A DNA stretch of 64,000 nt from Octopus vulgaris (lineage: Eukaryota). The notes beneath the pieces are model-generated. The model ran no database searches, was not told the origin of the DNA, and was given only the letters and a program-made list of their open reading frames with translations. The translations under genes were made by a program, and so were the position numbers. Below, piece after piece: positions 1-13,069 of this stretch. Numbering within the stretch: position 1 is the first letter of the stretch; each line of letters starts with the position of its first letter. The stretch is from assembly GCA_951406725.2 (NCBI GenBank), contig OX597828.1, forward strand, positions 48,360,001 through 48,424,000, in the 5' to 3' direction.

Positions 1-257
1 ATGAGGATAACAGCGTAGCTTTCGCGCCCGTGCAACCGTCAGTCTATCGCGTGTGGTGGGTGGATCTTCAAGTTGCCGCACGCATTCTTAGTAGCTTAGA
101 GTAGGCTCGAATTAGAGATTATGTTTTGTGGCTAATGGCGTGAGTCCTGATTGGAAGAAGAAGAAGAAGAAGAAGAAGAAGAAGAAGAAGAAGAAGAAGA
201 AGAAGAAGAAGAAGAAGAAGAAGAAGAAGAAGAAGAAGAAGAAGAAGAAGAAGAAGA
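1..257 (+). mobile_element. 3' part of a (GAA)n-tailed retroposon
   Basis: 1-152 is near-identical to 28640-28793 and to the reverse complement of 40886-41038; all three end GGCTAATGGCRTGAGTCCYGATYG followed by a (GAA)n tail. Confidence 0.75.
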
Positions 258-1122
258 CGATAACAACAGCGACAACTACAGCAGCAGCAACGACAACAAT
301 AATAACAACAGCAAAAAAACGACTGCTACAAAAACGTCAATATGGAGCTTGGCGATTAAAAACTCTAAAATGACACCAAGATTCATGTGAAGCCGTTCCA
401 ATGAAGAATCGAAATCAAATACACCCGTTTCGATCGATCCTCCATAATGACTTCAAACATTGTATAACGTTGTACCCTCACAAAAACTGCACTGCAAAGA
501 CCAGATTTTCTTAATGTCTTTCTTTTTTTTTTCTTCTTTCAGGTCTAGCAACTATTTCAGTCATATTCGGTGGCTAATCCTCACGTCGGAATCATTGCTC
601 GTATCTATGCATAGCCGGATTTAAGTATAGACTTAACAAATCTACAAGCTTAAGGTCTCTCAATCTGCAGGGGACGTAAAATAGTCTTCGTGAATCCACT
701 TTTTTAAGAAACATTTTTTTAAACAAAGAGACACCAAGCTTTCTTTTATAAAGCTTAAGGTCTCTCCCATATCTAAAGCAGCTCTGGGATAGCATAGTGC
801 AGTTCTGCAGGTTTATACATCCATGTACGTCATAGACAATATATTTATGAAGTCTATTATTCCACTTAGCAGTATGATACGACAAATAGTTCACAGACAC
901 ATTACTTCTTCTGCTTGCGTTTCTTCAGTCGCTACTACAACCGGCTCTACTCCACTCAACTAAATAGCTTGTCAGCTAAATACTGTGAAGCATCTTTCAC
1001 CATATTCTTCCCCAAAATTCTGGACTAGAACCTCGAATAGTCCTTTTTTTTTCCAGGCCAAACACCATTCTGAATTTGAGTCAAGGACAGTCTATGTGGA
1101 CATTCAGCTGATTCGAAATAAC

Positions 1123-1559
1123 GGATCTTTTCGGTTTGAACGGCAGTTTTTAACATAATTTCTAGGTAACTAAAAAATTTTAAACTTCGTATACTGGTAG
1201 AATGTGTTTATAAAGCATCTTTTTCTCTTGGCTTTATTGAGAAAATTCTAGAGTTTGTAAGATATTTGTGGATTTTTTTCTTCAATTTCTGCAATTTCAA
1301 CCAATCAGTGACGTCTATTGAGTCATTCTGTGCCGCATGAATATGTCCCTCGTTTAAGAAACAGATTGGGTTTATTTACATTTGTGAGGAAAAAAAGATA
1401 CCCTTTCCCCACCCCTAACCCCAACCCTAACTCTAACCCTAACTAACCCTAACCCTAAAAGAGATTGAAATGCAATAGATCGATTCTAGGGTCATAATTA
1501 TGGGTGACAATTTCATATGACACCGCTAGAAAAAACTGCCGTTCAAACCGAAAAGATCC
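1123..1559. mobile_element. Non-autonomous DNA transposon (MITE) with 8-bp TSD, Merlin/MULE-like
   Basis: TIR GGATCTTTTCGGTTTGAACGGCAGTTTTT at both ends; GAAATAAC duplicated at 1115-1122 and 1560-1567; internal degenerate (CCCTAA)n at ~1412-1458. Confidence 0.85.
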
Positions 1560-1794
1560 GAAATAACAGCTAACTCTTCCATAGAATGACACACTTCATT
1601 GCCTTAACAAAAGACGGTATCGTTTCACTTGAGAGAGATTCAGTTGTTATTTACGGCTTATCGAATGATTGTATAAAGGCACAGTCATTGGTTTGTAGTT
1701 GTTGCTAAACCTCAAATCGTCTCTGATGAGCAATCCCATTCCTTGAAATATTTTTTGCTGGAGGGGCACATTCTGGACTATATTATCAAACATC

Positions 1795-2207
1795 TCTTTT
1801 ACTCTTTTACTTGTTTCAGTCATTTTGACTGCGGCCATGCTGGAGCACCGCCTTTAGTCGAGCAAATCGACCCCGGGACTTATTCTTTGTAAGCCCAGTG
1901 CTTATTCTATCGGGCTCTTTTGCCGAACCGCTAAGTGACGGGGACGTAAACACACCAGCATCGGTTGTCAAGCAATGCTAGGGGGACAAACACAGTCACA
2001 CACATACACATATACATATATATATATATATACAAATATACGACAGGCTTCTTTCAGTTTCCGTCTACCAAATCCACTCACAAGGCATTGGTCGGCCCGG
2101 GGCTATAGCAGAAGACACTTGCCCAAGATGCCGCGCAGTGGGACTGAACCCGGAACCATGTGGTTGGTTAGCAAGCTACTTACCACACAGCCACTCCTGC
2201 GCCTATA
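1795..2207 (-). mobile_element. tRNA-derived SINE, family A (full length)
   Basis: Head GGCGCAGGAGTGGCTGTGTGG (A box) and GGTTCAGTCCC (B box); internal (TA)/(TG) tract; tail TGACTGAAACAAGTAAAAGAG; more than 15 copies or fragments in the window. Confidence 0.9.
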
Positions 2208-3051
2208 AGTTTCTTTTCTCAAAGTCAGTCAGGTGTGTTTTGAGAGGAATTTGGCTGGTATTTCTGACAGGTCGGGGCTTCCATGATAGCGCATGGCTCA
2301 TAAAGTTGCTGGTGTTGATGTCGTGGTTATTGTAATTGTTGTTGTTGCTGTTATTGTTGAAAGTGTATTAGTTTCAGAGTGCCGGTGCAACACAACATGA
2401 TATGGACTGCACTAGCTGTCCTTTCTGCACTGAGAAAGGGGAGAGAAAGAGAGGAGGGGGAGAGAGAGAGAGCAAGAGATAGAGAGAGGGAGAGAGAAAG
2501 AGGGAGAGGGAGAGGGAGAGGGAGAAAGAGAAAGAGAGAGGGAGAGAGAGAAAGAGAGAGAGGTAGAGGGAGAAAGAGAGATAGAGAGGGAGAAAGAGAG
2601 AGGGAGAGGGGAGAAAGAGAGAGAGGGAGAGGGAGAAAGAGAGAAAGGGAGAGGGAGAAAAGTGTGTGTGTGTGTATGTGTGTGTGTGTGTGTATGTGTG
2701 TGAGTGTGTGTGTGTATACATGCGTAATAGCGTTTGCATGAACGTCTGTCGGCCAGTATTATCACATTGCGCAGACGACGCCACTCTCACGTGATTTGCA
2801 CTCCCTTTCTCTTTTCCCCCCCTGTCTTTACTCCTTTCTGTTTCTCTCTCCCCGTCCCCCTCTCTCAGTGTACTAAGGTTCAGTGCAGACGACCTTTCTT
2901 TCCTCACGTTACCCTTTTCTCTATTTACTTTTTAACTTGAACGTGATGCGAAGTTAACCACCAACGATATATTTCGAAATGCTAGAAATACCAACCAAAT
3001 CTGCTCCCAAACACCATACAATATTAAAAAGAGAGAAATCTTAATAATATG

Positions 3052-3327
3052 TATTTCTTTATTGCCCACAAGGGGCTAAACATAGAAGGGACAAACTAGG
3101 ACAGACAAAGGGATTAAGTCGATTACATCGACCCCAGTGCGCAACAGGTACTTAATTTATCGACCCCGAAAGGATGAAAGGCAACGTCGACCTCAGCGGA
3201 ATTTGAATTCAGTCTTCATGTTCGGAGTTCAAATTCCGCCGGAATTTGAACTCAGAACGTAGCGGCAGACGAAATACCGCTAAGCATTTCGCCCGGCATG
3301 CTAACCTTTCTGCCAGCTCGCCGCCTT
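3052..3327 (-). mobile_element. tRNA-derived SINE, family B
   Basis: GGCGGCGAGCTGGCAGAA head, GAGTTCAAATTCC B box and GCCTTTCATCCTTTCGGGGTCGATAAA core, shared with many copies. Confidence 0.85.
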
Positions 3328-3951
3328 CTTAAGAGAGAAATCTTAATAATGTGGCCTAAGAAAAAAAAAAATGGCTGGAACACTTGATTTCACTAGCGTA
3401 GCTGTAGTGTGTGTCGCCCGGGACGGCCCTTCTATTTGTCGGCCCGAAGCCCACAAAAAACACATACTACCTACAGCAATAGCCTACAACAGGATGGAAA
3501 GTGCCGCCTCTATAAAAATGCCTCCTCTTTAAAAGTGCCACCAGGTTCAGACCACTCCTAGCTACTCTAGTGCTTGATCTACTCGGTTAAAGCCAATCTA
3601 TGGTTGAACAACACCAGCAATAGGAGCAATAAGTAGAACAAGGCCATCGAAGGAACCTCTACGTCATCCCTTTTTTTTTTTTTACTATGTTCAACTGTCA
3701 ACGTGGAGAACCAGGATCTTCTTTTGTTTCGCTTCTGCCCTGAAATCAGCCAAAGGCACAGAAGACTTTCGTTCCTCTCACTGTGCGGAACTCCAGCGAT
3801 AGTCAATTATTAGATTTTTTTTCTTAATAAAAAACAAACTCATTAGATTGTAACACACATACACACACATACATATACATATATCTATGTATGTGTGTGT
3901 GTGTGTGTGTGTATACATAAATACATACATACATACATACATACATGACTG

Positions 3952-4002
<51 letters not shown>

Positions 4003-4005
4003 CAT

Positions 4006-4040
<35 letters not shown>

Positions 4041-4112
4041 GGTCCCGGGTTGATTCGGGGTTAACCACAGTAAATAAGGTACTCAATACATAGCAGAGTA
4101 AAATTAATTTAT

Positions 4113-4219
4113 TATATAGAAGGAGCTTCTACAGGACTAGAACTGTTTCATTCAAGAGAAATCTTCCTGAAGATTTCTCTTGAATGAAACAGTTCTAGTC
4201 TGTAAAGCTCCTTCATATA

Positions 4220-4220
<1 letters not shown>
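4113..4220. mobile_element. Fold-back element between (TA)n tracts, Penelope-like pseudo-LTR remnant
   Basis: ~54-bp inverted arms centred on 4167-4169; the right arm carries a hammerhead motif. Confidence 0.65.
4163..4208 (+). ncRNA. Minimal type I hammerhead ribozyme motif
   Basis: CUUC-CUGAAGA-U-UUC(UCUU)GAA-U-GAAACAG(UUCUAGU)CUGU-A-AAGC; the opposite arm preserves GAAG, which completes stem I. Confidence 0.7.
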
Positions 4221-4267
<47 letters not shown>

Positions 4268-4639
4268 CATGCAGCAATGCATATCTGAAACAGCTGTAAG
4301 CCTATAATAAAAAGTAAATGTATATAACCCATAATTTCTGCCAATTATATATATATATATCTTAGTATGTATGTATGTATGTATGTATGTATGTATGTAT
4401 GTATGTATGTATGTGTGTATGTATGTATGTTTGTATGTATGTATGTATGTATGTATGTATGTATGTATGTATGTATGTATGTATGTATGTATGTATACAT
4501 ATATATTCTTTTCTTTTATTCCTTTTTGCCAAGCGGTTGCGGTCATACTGGAGCGTTACCGCGATTTTGTACTCTTACGTACAATTCTTCTTTGGCTGAT
4601 TTCTTGAGGTTGTGGGGGTTTCACACCATAATTCCTGCA

Positions 4640-4950
4640 TGTGCTTTTGTCCTGATTGTTGGCCCATTTGGTGAACAAGGGAGTTTGGCACTGCTGCCCT
4701 CACCTGTACCTCTTGCGGAGTCGTTGGTTCATTCGGTATTATGGAAAGGAGAATGTCTAGTCACTTTTTGGAGATATCTACGTCCACATTGTGTGGGCTT
4801 TCTTAAATTTTGTGGCAGAGCATTGATGAGCTGTGGGCCTTTGGTTCCTAAGCTATTGCAATAGCTAGTCCTGAATTTAGACGGAGTGGACGGTACCTTT
4901 CGTACAATACAACGGCGTCCAGTTCGGGCATCTGTATAACAGTCAATGCC
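4640..4950 (-). mobile_element. CR1-group LINE ORF2 C-terminal relic
   Basis: Minus strand reads YCNSLGTKGPQLINALPQNLR, resembling the GPxLxNxLP C-terminal motif of CR1-group LINEs; frameshifted. Confidence 0.5.
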
Positions 4951-5077
4951 GAAATTAATTTACTAGCCCCTTCCAGAATTTACCACATGTAGATTATTAC
5001 GTACCTGTCGCGTTTTCACTTTAGGGAATAAAGTCGTAGTTTTTTCAACCTCTTCCTGTAACTCATCTCCCGCACTG

Positions 5078-5163
<86 letters not shown>

Positions 5164-5289
5164 AGCTTAGAGAAGAAGAAGAAACGAAACGAAACGAAAC
5201 GAATCGAATCGAATCGACGCGAGGGCGCTCAGTCATACAATAGTGTAATAAATAAAATATATGCATACATACGAACATATATGTACGTA

Positions 5290-5402
<113 letters not shown>

Positions 5403-5597
5403 GTAAACAATTATTAATTTATAATTAATAAATTTTACCAAGTAGTTTCGGTATGGAAAAGAACCGTATTCGGTAAAAACTTATACAAGAAGTTTTATAT
5501 ATAATTATAATAATAATTAAGGGTTTAGCAAAAGTTGCTAGACCACATACCGAAAAATTTAGAAATAGCAGCCAAAAGACCGTTATTTCTTTTCGCT

Positions 5598-5660
<63 letters not shown>

Positions 5661-5734
5661 GAAAGTGAGTACATAAATGAATGGAAGTAGCACTCAACAC
5701 ATGAGGCAACAGTTTGTAGTCACTGAGTATTCGT

Positions 5735-5873
5735 TTGACCAAGTTCCTCGGGTTACTTATAGCTTTGTGTGGACGTGAGAGCGCGTCCATCTCTTTGGAC
5801 ATACCGAACGTCCGAAGAAACTGATGTGCTTTCGCGTCCACAAAACTATAAGTAACATGAGGGAGTAAGTCAA
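5735..5873 (+). ncRNA. Candidate long imperfect RNA hairpin
   Basis: Arms 5752-5788 and 5823-5856 plus an inner 9-bp stem; five non-Watson-Crick positions are G-U wobbles on the plus strand. Confidence 0.45.
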
Positions 5874-5874
5874 C

Positions 5875-5958
<84 letters not shown>

Positions 5959-6174
5959 AAAAATACATCTCAATAACATAATATTTGGTTACGAAATTTT
6001 ATACTTGGAACCCTGGTACTTTGCATAATACGCTTATGGTTATGAATGCAATTTATATTTCTAGTCTTTAATAAAATTTCAAACACAATCGTTATATATA
6101 TTTTAGGTTAAATACTGGTTAAGCTCTGTTCAGTTAGGATTAATGAATCTAGGAACTATGTGATACAATATTTT

Positions 6175-7280
6175 GGTACAAGGCCAGTATTTTTGTGGGG
6201 TGGGGAAAATTGATCACATCGACCCCAGTGCACAACTGGTATTTATTCAACCGACCCCGAAATGATGAAAGGCAAAGTCGACCTCGGCGGAATTTGAACT
6301 CAGTTTTCATGTTCGGAGCTCAAATTCCGCCGAGGTCGACTTTGCCTTTCATCCTTTCGGGGTCGATATGTACTGGTGTCGAACTAATCGATTGGGTCCC
6401 CCCCCAAAAAAATTTCGGGCCTTGCGCCTAGAGTAGAAAAGAATATTGGTTTCAAATTAAGGCGGCTAACTGGCAGAAATGTTAGCACGCCGGGCGAAAT
6501 GCGTAGCTGTATTTCGTCTGCTCTCTCTCTTTACTCTTTTACTCTTTTTCTTGTTTCAGTCATTTGACTGCGGCCATGCTGGAGCACCACCTTTTAGTAC
6601 TTATTCTATCGGTCTCTTTTTGCCGAACTGCTAAGTTACGGGGACCTAAACACACCAGCATCGGTTGTCAAGCAATACTAGGGGGACAAACACAGACACA
6701 CACACACATATACATATATATATATATATACGACAGGCTTCTTTCAGTTTCCGTCTACCAAATCCACTCACAAGGCATTGGTCGGCCCGGGGCTATAGCA
6801 GAAGACACTTGCCCAAGATGCCACGCAGTGGGACTGAACCCGCAACCGTGTGGTTGGTTAGCAAGCTACTTACCACACAGCCACTCCTGCGCCACTCCTG
6901 CATTTACGTTCTGAGTTTAAATTCCGCCGAGGTCGACTTTGCCTTTCATCATTTCGGGGTCGATAAATTAAGTACCAGTTACGTACTGGGGTCGATATAA
7001 TCGACTTAATCCATTTGTCTGTCCTTGTTTGTCCCCTCTGTGTTCATCCCCTTGTGGGCAGTAAAGAAATAAGAAAAGTTAGCACGCGGGGCGAAATGCT
7101 TAGCGGTATTATGCCTGTCTTTATGTTCTGAGTTCAAATTCCACCGAGGTCGACTTTGCTTTTCATCCTTTCGGGGTCGACAGATTAAGTACCACTTGCG
7201 TACTGAGGCCGAAATAATCGACAGCCCCCCCCCTCCCACTGCCCATAAGTTTCGGGCTTTGTGCCTAGAGTAGAAAAAAA
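6175..7280. mobile_element. Nested cluster of SINE A and SINE B copies
   Basis: SINE A (minus, ~6525-6900) interrupts a plus-strand SINE B (6461-6521 resumes at ~6904); further B fragments lie on both sides. Confidence 0.85.
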
Positions 7281-7974
7281 AATACTAGTACCAAATTAGT
7301 AGGAGGTCAGTAATTTCGAGGAAAGGAGTAAGTCGATTACACCAAGATCACGTGGTCGCGAAGCAATCTTGTTAACCACACCGCCACACCGCCACACCTG
7401 CACCTATATTGTAGATATGACAATTATAAATTGATATGACTGCATGCTGTTGTGTGTTTTCACGTGATAAGGTGTTTGTTAACGTGGCTATTAGCTCTCG
7501 GGGCAGTTTGACCTGTTAGGGGATTGCTACTTCTAAACGTAAGGAGACAAATATAAACATAGTAATATGAGGACAGGTCCCTTTATGACAAGGTGGAGCA
7601 ATCAATAAAAGGGCTGCTTAACCTAGGGTTACTAAAATGACTTTTTTCTATATACTGCATTGAACCTTCAATCTCGTATTGTGTTTTATTTTTTTATATA
7701 AACGCGCTTTGTTAGCATATCTATTGTTGTATCTTTGAGAATTAATCGCATCAGTAAACATTGATTATTAGTGATAATACTGTATGAACTAATTGCATAA
7801 TGGGTTTCGAACTTGGATACCTTGAATTAAAACTAATACATTAAAAAAAGCACACTACTGCTAAAACATAATTATTGACTGATTCATAAAAAAAAGTTAG
7901 TGTGACATACCAATGTCTTAACTGTGTAAATTAGTTGTTCTTAACCGAGGTCTACGCAGGCAAAATAGTAAATT

Positions 7975-8372
7975 CTTTTCTATTCTAGGCACAAGGCCCG
8001 AAATTTTGTGGAAGGTGGAGGCAGTCGATTAGATCGACCTCAGTACGCAACTGATACTTAATTTATCGACCCTGAAAGGATGAAAGGCAAAGTCGACCTC
8101 GGCGGATTTTGAACTCAGAACGTAGCGGCAGACGAAATACCTATTTCTTTACTACCCACAAAGGGCTAAACACAGAGAGGACAAACAAGGACAGACAAAG
8201 GGATTAAGTCGATTATATCGACCCCAGTGCGTAACTGGTAATTATTTAATCGACCCCGAAAGGATGAAAGGCAAAGTCAACCTCGGCGGAATTTGAACTC
8301 AGAACGTAGCGGCTGACGAAATACCACTAAGCATTTCGCCGGGCGTGCTAACGTTTCTGCCAGCTCGCCGAC
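7975..8372 (-). mobile_element. SINE family B, head-to-tail dimer
   Basis: Two core units joined at AAAGAAATAG/GTATTTCGTCTG. Confidence 0.85.
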
Positions 8373-8561
8373 TTAGTAAAATAGTAAACTGAGGATCCAC
8401 AATAATATTTGATGAGTTCATGAAAAAAAGATTGTTTCAGACATTCATTGCAAGAAACAGCGAGGTTTCTTTCTGCAATGTTTTACATAGTTTAACATGT
8501 TTCTGATCACTGAAATGTGTTCTCTCAGATCGTGTCATTGTAAACCTACACTAGTGAATCA

Positions 8562-8945
8562 TGGAGGCGCAATGGCCCAGTGGTTAGGGCAACGGACTCG
8601 TGGTCATAGGATCGCGGTTTCGATTCCCAGACCGGGCGTTGTGAGTGTTTATTGAGCGAAAACACCTAAAAGCTCCACGAGGCTCCGGCAGGGGATGGTG
8701 GTGATCCCTGCTGTACTCTTTCACCACAACTTTCTCTCACTCTTACTTCCTGTTTCTGTTGTACCTGTATTTCAAAGGGCCGGCCTTGTCACTCTCTGTG
8801 TCACGCTGAATATCCCCGAGAACTACGTTAAGGGTACACGTGTCTGTGGAGTGCTCAGCCACTTACACGTTAATTTCACGAGCAGGCTGTTCCGTTGATT
8901 CGGATCAACCGGAACCCTCATCGTTGTAACCGACGGAGTGCTTCC
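8562..8945 (+). mobile_element. tRNA-derived SINE, family C
   Basis: GGAGGCGCAATGGCCCAGTGGTTAGG A box and GTTTCGATTCCC B box; near-identical to 48132-48514. Confidence 0.9.
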
Positions 8946-9044
8946 ATATATATCCACACTATTGAATGAACGACAAAATAGGAATTTTGAAAGAAGTTTT
9001 CATTGATTGGCTTTGGTGGGGTCCACCAGAATAAAATGACTACA

Positions 9045-9268
9045 GGTAAGTTCACCTCTATCAAATCATCGCAGGAGAGTTCACCTCCATTAATCCACCG
9101 TGAAGAAAGTTCACCATGAACTTTAGAGTTCGAAAATAAGTTGTTCTTTTTTATTCTTTTATTGTGAACTTACCTCTCCGTAAACTTACCTTGCAGTGAA
9201 CTTTCTTCGCAGTGAACATTCCTTACGGTGAACTTTCCCTGTGGTAAATTGATGACAGTGAACTTACC
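9045..9268. mobile_element. MITE with GGTAAGTTCAC TIRs and subterminal repeats
   Basis: GGTAAGTTCAC...GTGAACTTACC ends; AGTTCACC motif repeated in the left half and inverted in the right half. Confidence 0.65.
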
Positions 9269-10287
9269 GGACATGAAATAAAATAGTTATCAAAGAGGTT
9301 ATAGATAAAAAAAATGGTTGCGAACTACTGATGTGAATGATTGTTTTTTCTTCAATATGGAACTTGTACAGACTCTTTATACATTTCCAGCTGTAATACT
9401 TCTGTCCCCTGTCCTTGCTCCGATTATAAAACATCAGGGGCACCAAATAGATAAAATTTTGAAAATAATTCCTTTTTGATGCCCCTCAAGTCGTTTTACA
9501 GAATTGTCAAACTGACGTACGACGCTCTTTTCTGGTTGGTTTCTGATGGTCCAGAAAATGTACCGCAAACTCTTGGGAATTTCACTGCGGCTTTCTTGGT
9601 ATATGATTAATTGCACAGTGATGGAAGTCATTAGAATTCCTAAAGGGTGTGACGACAAATACACGCAAAGATCCACGTTGAGATCCAGGCTGTGGAAAAA
9701 TATAGTTTCGTGTTCAGTCCGGTAGCACAGCAGCTCGGGCAATTATTTACCATTATAGCCCTGGGCCGACCAGTGCTTTATGAGTGAATGTGGTAGACAG
9801 AAGCTTTGTGGAAGATCGTCATGTGTTCGTATGTCGTATATATAAATATACATATGTATACGTGTGTGTGTATGTCTTTCTGTCTGTATTTCTGCGCCCC
9901 CCACTTGAAAACCGGTGTTAGGTTGTTTACGCTCGTGTAACTTAGCGGCCCAGCAAAAGAGAGACCGATAAAATAAGTACTAAACTTTAAAAAATAAAGT
10001 AAGAACTTGGAGCGATTTCTTTGACCTAAACCCTTCAAGGCAGTGCCCCAGCAAGGCCACGGTTCAAAGACTGAAAAAAGATAAGCACATACAGATGATT
10101 CTTTCATCTATGAAGAAGAGACAAGCCATGGCGAGTCTTTGGCAATAAAATAGTCCACACAACGGAATCTCCTTTTGCGTCCCCTGTGAAATCATAATTT
10201 ACTGAAAGTGTGTAACACTTAACAAAAACATTAAGATCAAATGCTAATGTATTTGATGAATTAACAAGCCATCCGATATCATTACTC

Positions 10288-10704
10288 CCTTTTTACTCTT
10301 TACTCTTTTACTTGTTTCAGCCATTTGACTGCGGCCATGCTGGAGCACCGCCTTTAGTCGAGCAAATCGACGCCGGGACTTATTCTTTGTAAGCCCAGTA
10401 CTTATTCTATCGGCCTCTTTTGCCGAACCACTAAGCGACGGGGACGTAAACACACCAGCATCGGTTGTCAAGTGATGCTAGGGGGACAAACACAGACACA
10501 CAAACATATACACACACACATATATATATATACATATATACGACAGGCTTCTTTCAGTTTCTGTCTACCAAATCCACTCACAAGGCATTGGTCGACCCGG
10601 GGCTATAGCAGCAGACACTTGCCCAAGATGCCACGCAGTGGGACTGAACCCGGAACCATGTGGTTGGTTAGCAAGCTACTTACCACACAGCCACTCCTGC
10701 GCCT
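10288..10704 (-). mobile_element. SINE family A
   Basis: Full-length match to the 1795-2207 copy. Confidence 0.9.
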
Positions 10705-10938
10705 AACAAAACCAGAACATACACGCTAATTACAGTCAGCTGTTAAACCTCGTTGCTTCGTCATTCTTCAAGCTTACTTTCATCCGTTTTTTTTTTCTTA
10801 TTTGAAATTTTATTCCCATTCAGTTTTCCTGTTTTCATAAACCCATATTATCCAGCAAAATAATGGGAAAGTAACAACTTGACATATAATCTCGGTCTCG
10901 CGATACTATGATCATAATCATTCAAACTTACAGTATTG

Positions 10939-11508
10939 TATTGGGTTGTCCGGAAAGTTCTTGCCGATTTTTAAAGGAAAGAAAAAGGTCAATGAATACC
11001 TTCCATTACATTTTTAATCGACCAAATATGAACCATTTTGTTGCACAATGCGTCTCCATCTTTCCTTTAACTTGAAAATACCCTCTTCCCAGAATTGAGG
11101 TGGTTTCATGGCAAAGAATTCATCAAGGTATCTTTTTACGTCATCGAAGAAATTGAAATTTTTACCATTAAGACTATTCTGCAGAGACCTGAATAAGTGG
11201 AAATCCGAAGGAGCAATATCTGGTGAATATGGAGGGTGGGGTAACACATTCCAGCCAAGCTGCAGTAATTTTTATCTGATTCTCAAAGCATCAAGTGCCG
11301 AAAATAAACTTTCTTATCTTCCATTTTAAAGGGTTACAGAATTAACACAGGTTATGGGAACATAAACTTTCTTCCACGAAAAGATAGCTTAAACTGTGCC
11401 CTAACTGGAGGTGTAGTCAAATCCTATTTTATGGACTCAACCATGTTCTGAAATAAGTCGAAAAGTAAGCTACTATAAATCGGCACGAACTTTCCAGACA
11501 ACCTAATA
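10939..11508 (-). mobile_element. Internally deleted mariner (DD34D) element
   Basis: TA + TTGGGTTGTCCGGAAAGTTCTTGCCGATTT TIR and its inverted partner at 11477-11506 + TA; peptide LPHPPYSPDIAPSDFHLFRSL. Confidence 0.92.
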
Positions 11509-11644
11509 AAAACAATTGGATATAAATAACGGCATTGTAAACGTAACAACTTGATCTCGTGACATTAATATCGATGTAAAAATTGCAGCTGAATCTAAAA
11601 TCATAAATTGTTAGTATTAACAATTGTAGGTAACTTATATGAGA

Positions 11645-11943
11645 CTAGCAGTATCGCCCGGCGTTGCTCGGGTTTTTAAGGGAAAAAACTATATAAGCAT
11701 TTTTAGAGAGTTACTTCCCTTATATAATAGCAAAAAATTGCATTAAAAATGGGAAAAAATTATGGTAAATTTTTTTTAAAATCGTAGACTCATCGTAGAC
11801 GCGCGCTAATACCCAGAAGGGCTCGATATGAATCCCGACTATAAGATACCCGCTTTTGGTTACACTGCACCGCAAAATGTGGGAGTAGTTAGGAATCTAA
11901 ATCGTAGGAGACAGACACACAACTTCACTTTTATATATAAAGA
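11645..11943 (-). mobile_element. Non-autonomous Helitron
   Basis: Minus strand starts TCTTTATATATAAAAG and ends with hairpin CCCGAGCAACGCCGGG followed by CTAG; inserted between A and T with no TSD. Confidence 0.85.
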
Positions 11944-13006
11944 TTTCAGACGTTCGGAGGATGCGCTTAGCTGTTCCAGAGTCTCAGCCTTGCTATCGCT
12001 TTTGGTAATGCTGCGAGTGTCTTGGGTCGCTTCCGTCAATAAAGGTGGGGGGGGGGGGTAGAGTCTTGTATTTAGTATTTGATACAAATCACAGACACTG
12101 CTATCAATATAATGCAACGCAATTAAAAAATAACAACTTCGTTTATAATCACGGAATACAATGAATATACTATCACAATACATAATCACAAAGCAGTGAA
12201 ATAAAATGTTAACATAAAATCTCAGTAAAAAACATACTGTAATATTTTTGAACTCATACTTCAAAATGGCTCACGTTATAGAAATGTCTTTTAACAAGCT
12301 AAATAATTCAATCCGAACACATAAGAAGTCGTCTCGTCAAAATGGCGTCTTTTACAGAAGTGAATTGAATTGCTTGCGACTGGTCGATTCCGTGACTGTA
12401 AATGAGCTTATACGAGTTAAGAGTTTCAGGTCATATTGGTTCATGTCCTGTGATTCATCTTATGTTGCTGTTATTTATTCAACTGCTGTAAGAATTTTGT
12501 TCCTGGTTAAATAAACAGAAGGGAAGAATTATACGTAATTTACTATGATTTTGTGAACTGAATATGCAGCATACAAACTGCTATTTATCGTCGTCTATTT
12601 ATTAAATACATCACAAATGTATTAACAATGGTTACCTCTACAGAAACGACACGTCGAAGAAAAGACTTGTCGAGGGAATGAACTGTCACAAAAAAAAAAG
12701 ACCAAGTGGAACGCTAAACAACAACGCAATGTCTCGACTTAAATACTAACCTGGCATTTACGAAGGATCCAACCTCATAAATCGGGTGTCTACAATGGAT
12801 ACACACAGGGCCGTCTTAGTAGATTCATAGGTCCCCGGACAAACCAATGCACTGGACCCTGTAGAATTTTTTATTGGTAGCAAGCCACCATATACATAGA
12901 TCAGAATCGGTCCCCTAGATCTGTAAGGTCTCTAGGTAACTTCCGTCGTTACACATGGTAAGTATTGCAGTATTGTGCACTGAATTCTGCACGTGATGTA
13001 TTTCTA

Positions 13007-13062
<56 letters not shown>

Positions 13063-13069
<7 letters not shown>

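Noticed and set aside
1412-1458. Telomere or chromosome-fusion remnant
   Set aside because: Short, degenerate and internal to a TIR/TSD-bounded element
5434-5480. Hammerhead-like CCGAAUA...GAAACUACUUGGUA on the minus strand
   Set aside because: Core has two deviations, stem I is weak, and the related copy at ~60365 lacks GAAAC
8562-8640. tRNA-like heads (also 48132, 62050, and family A/B heads)
   Set aside because: They are SINE heads continuing into SINE bodies, without a complete cloverleaf or terminator
12855-12940. ACCCTGTAGAA resembling miR-10b
   Set aside because: The match stops after 11 nt and no convincing precursor hairpin is present
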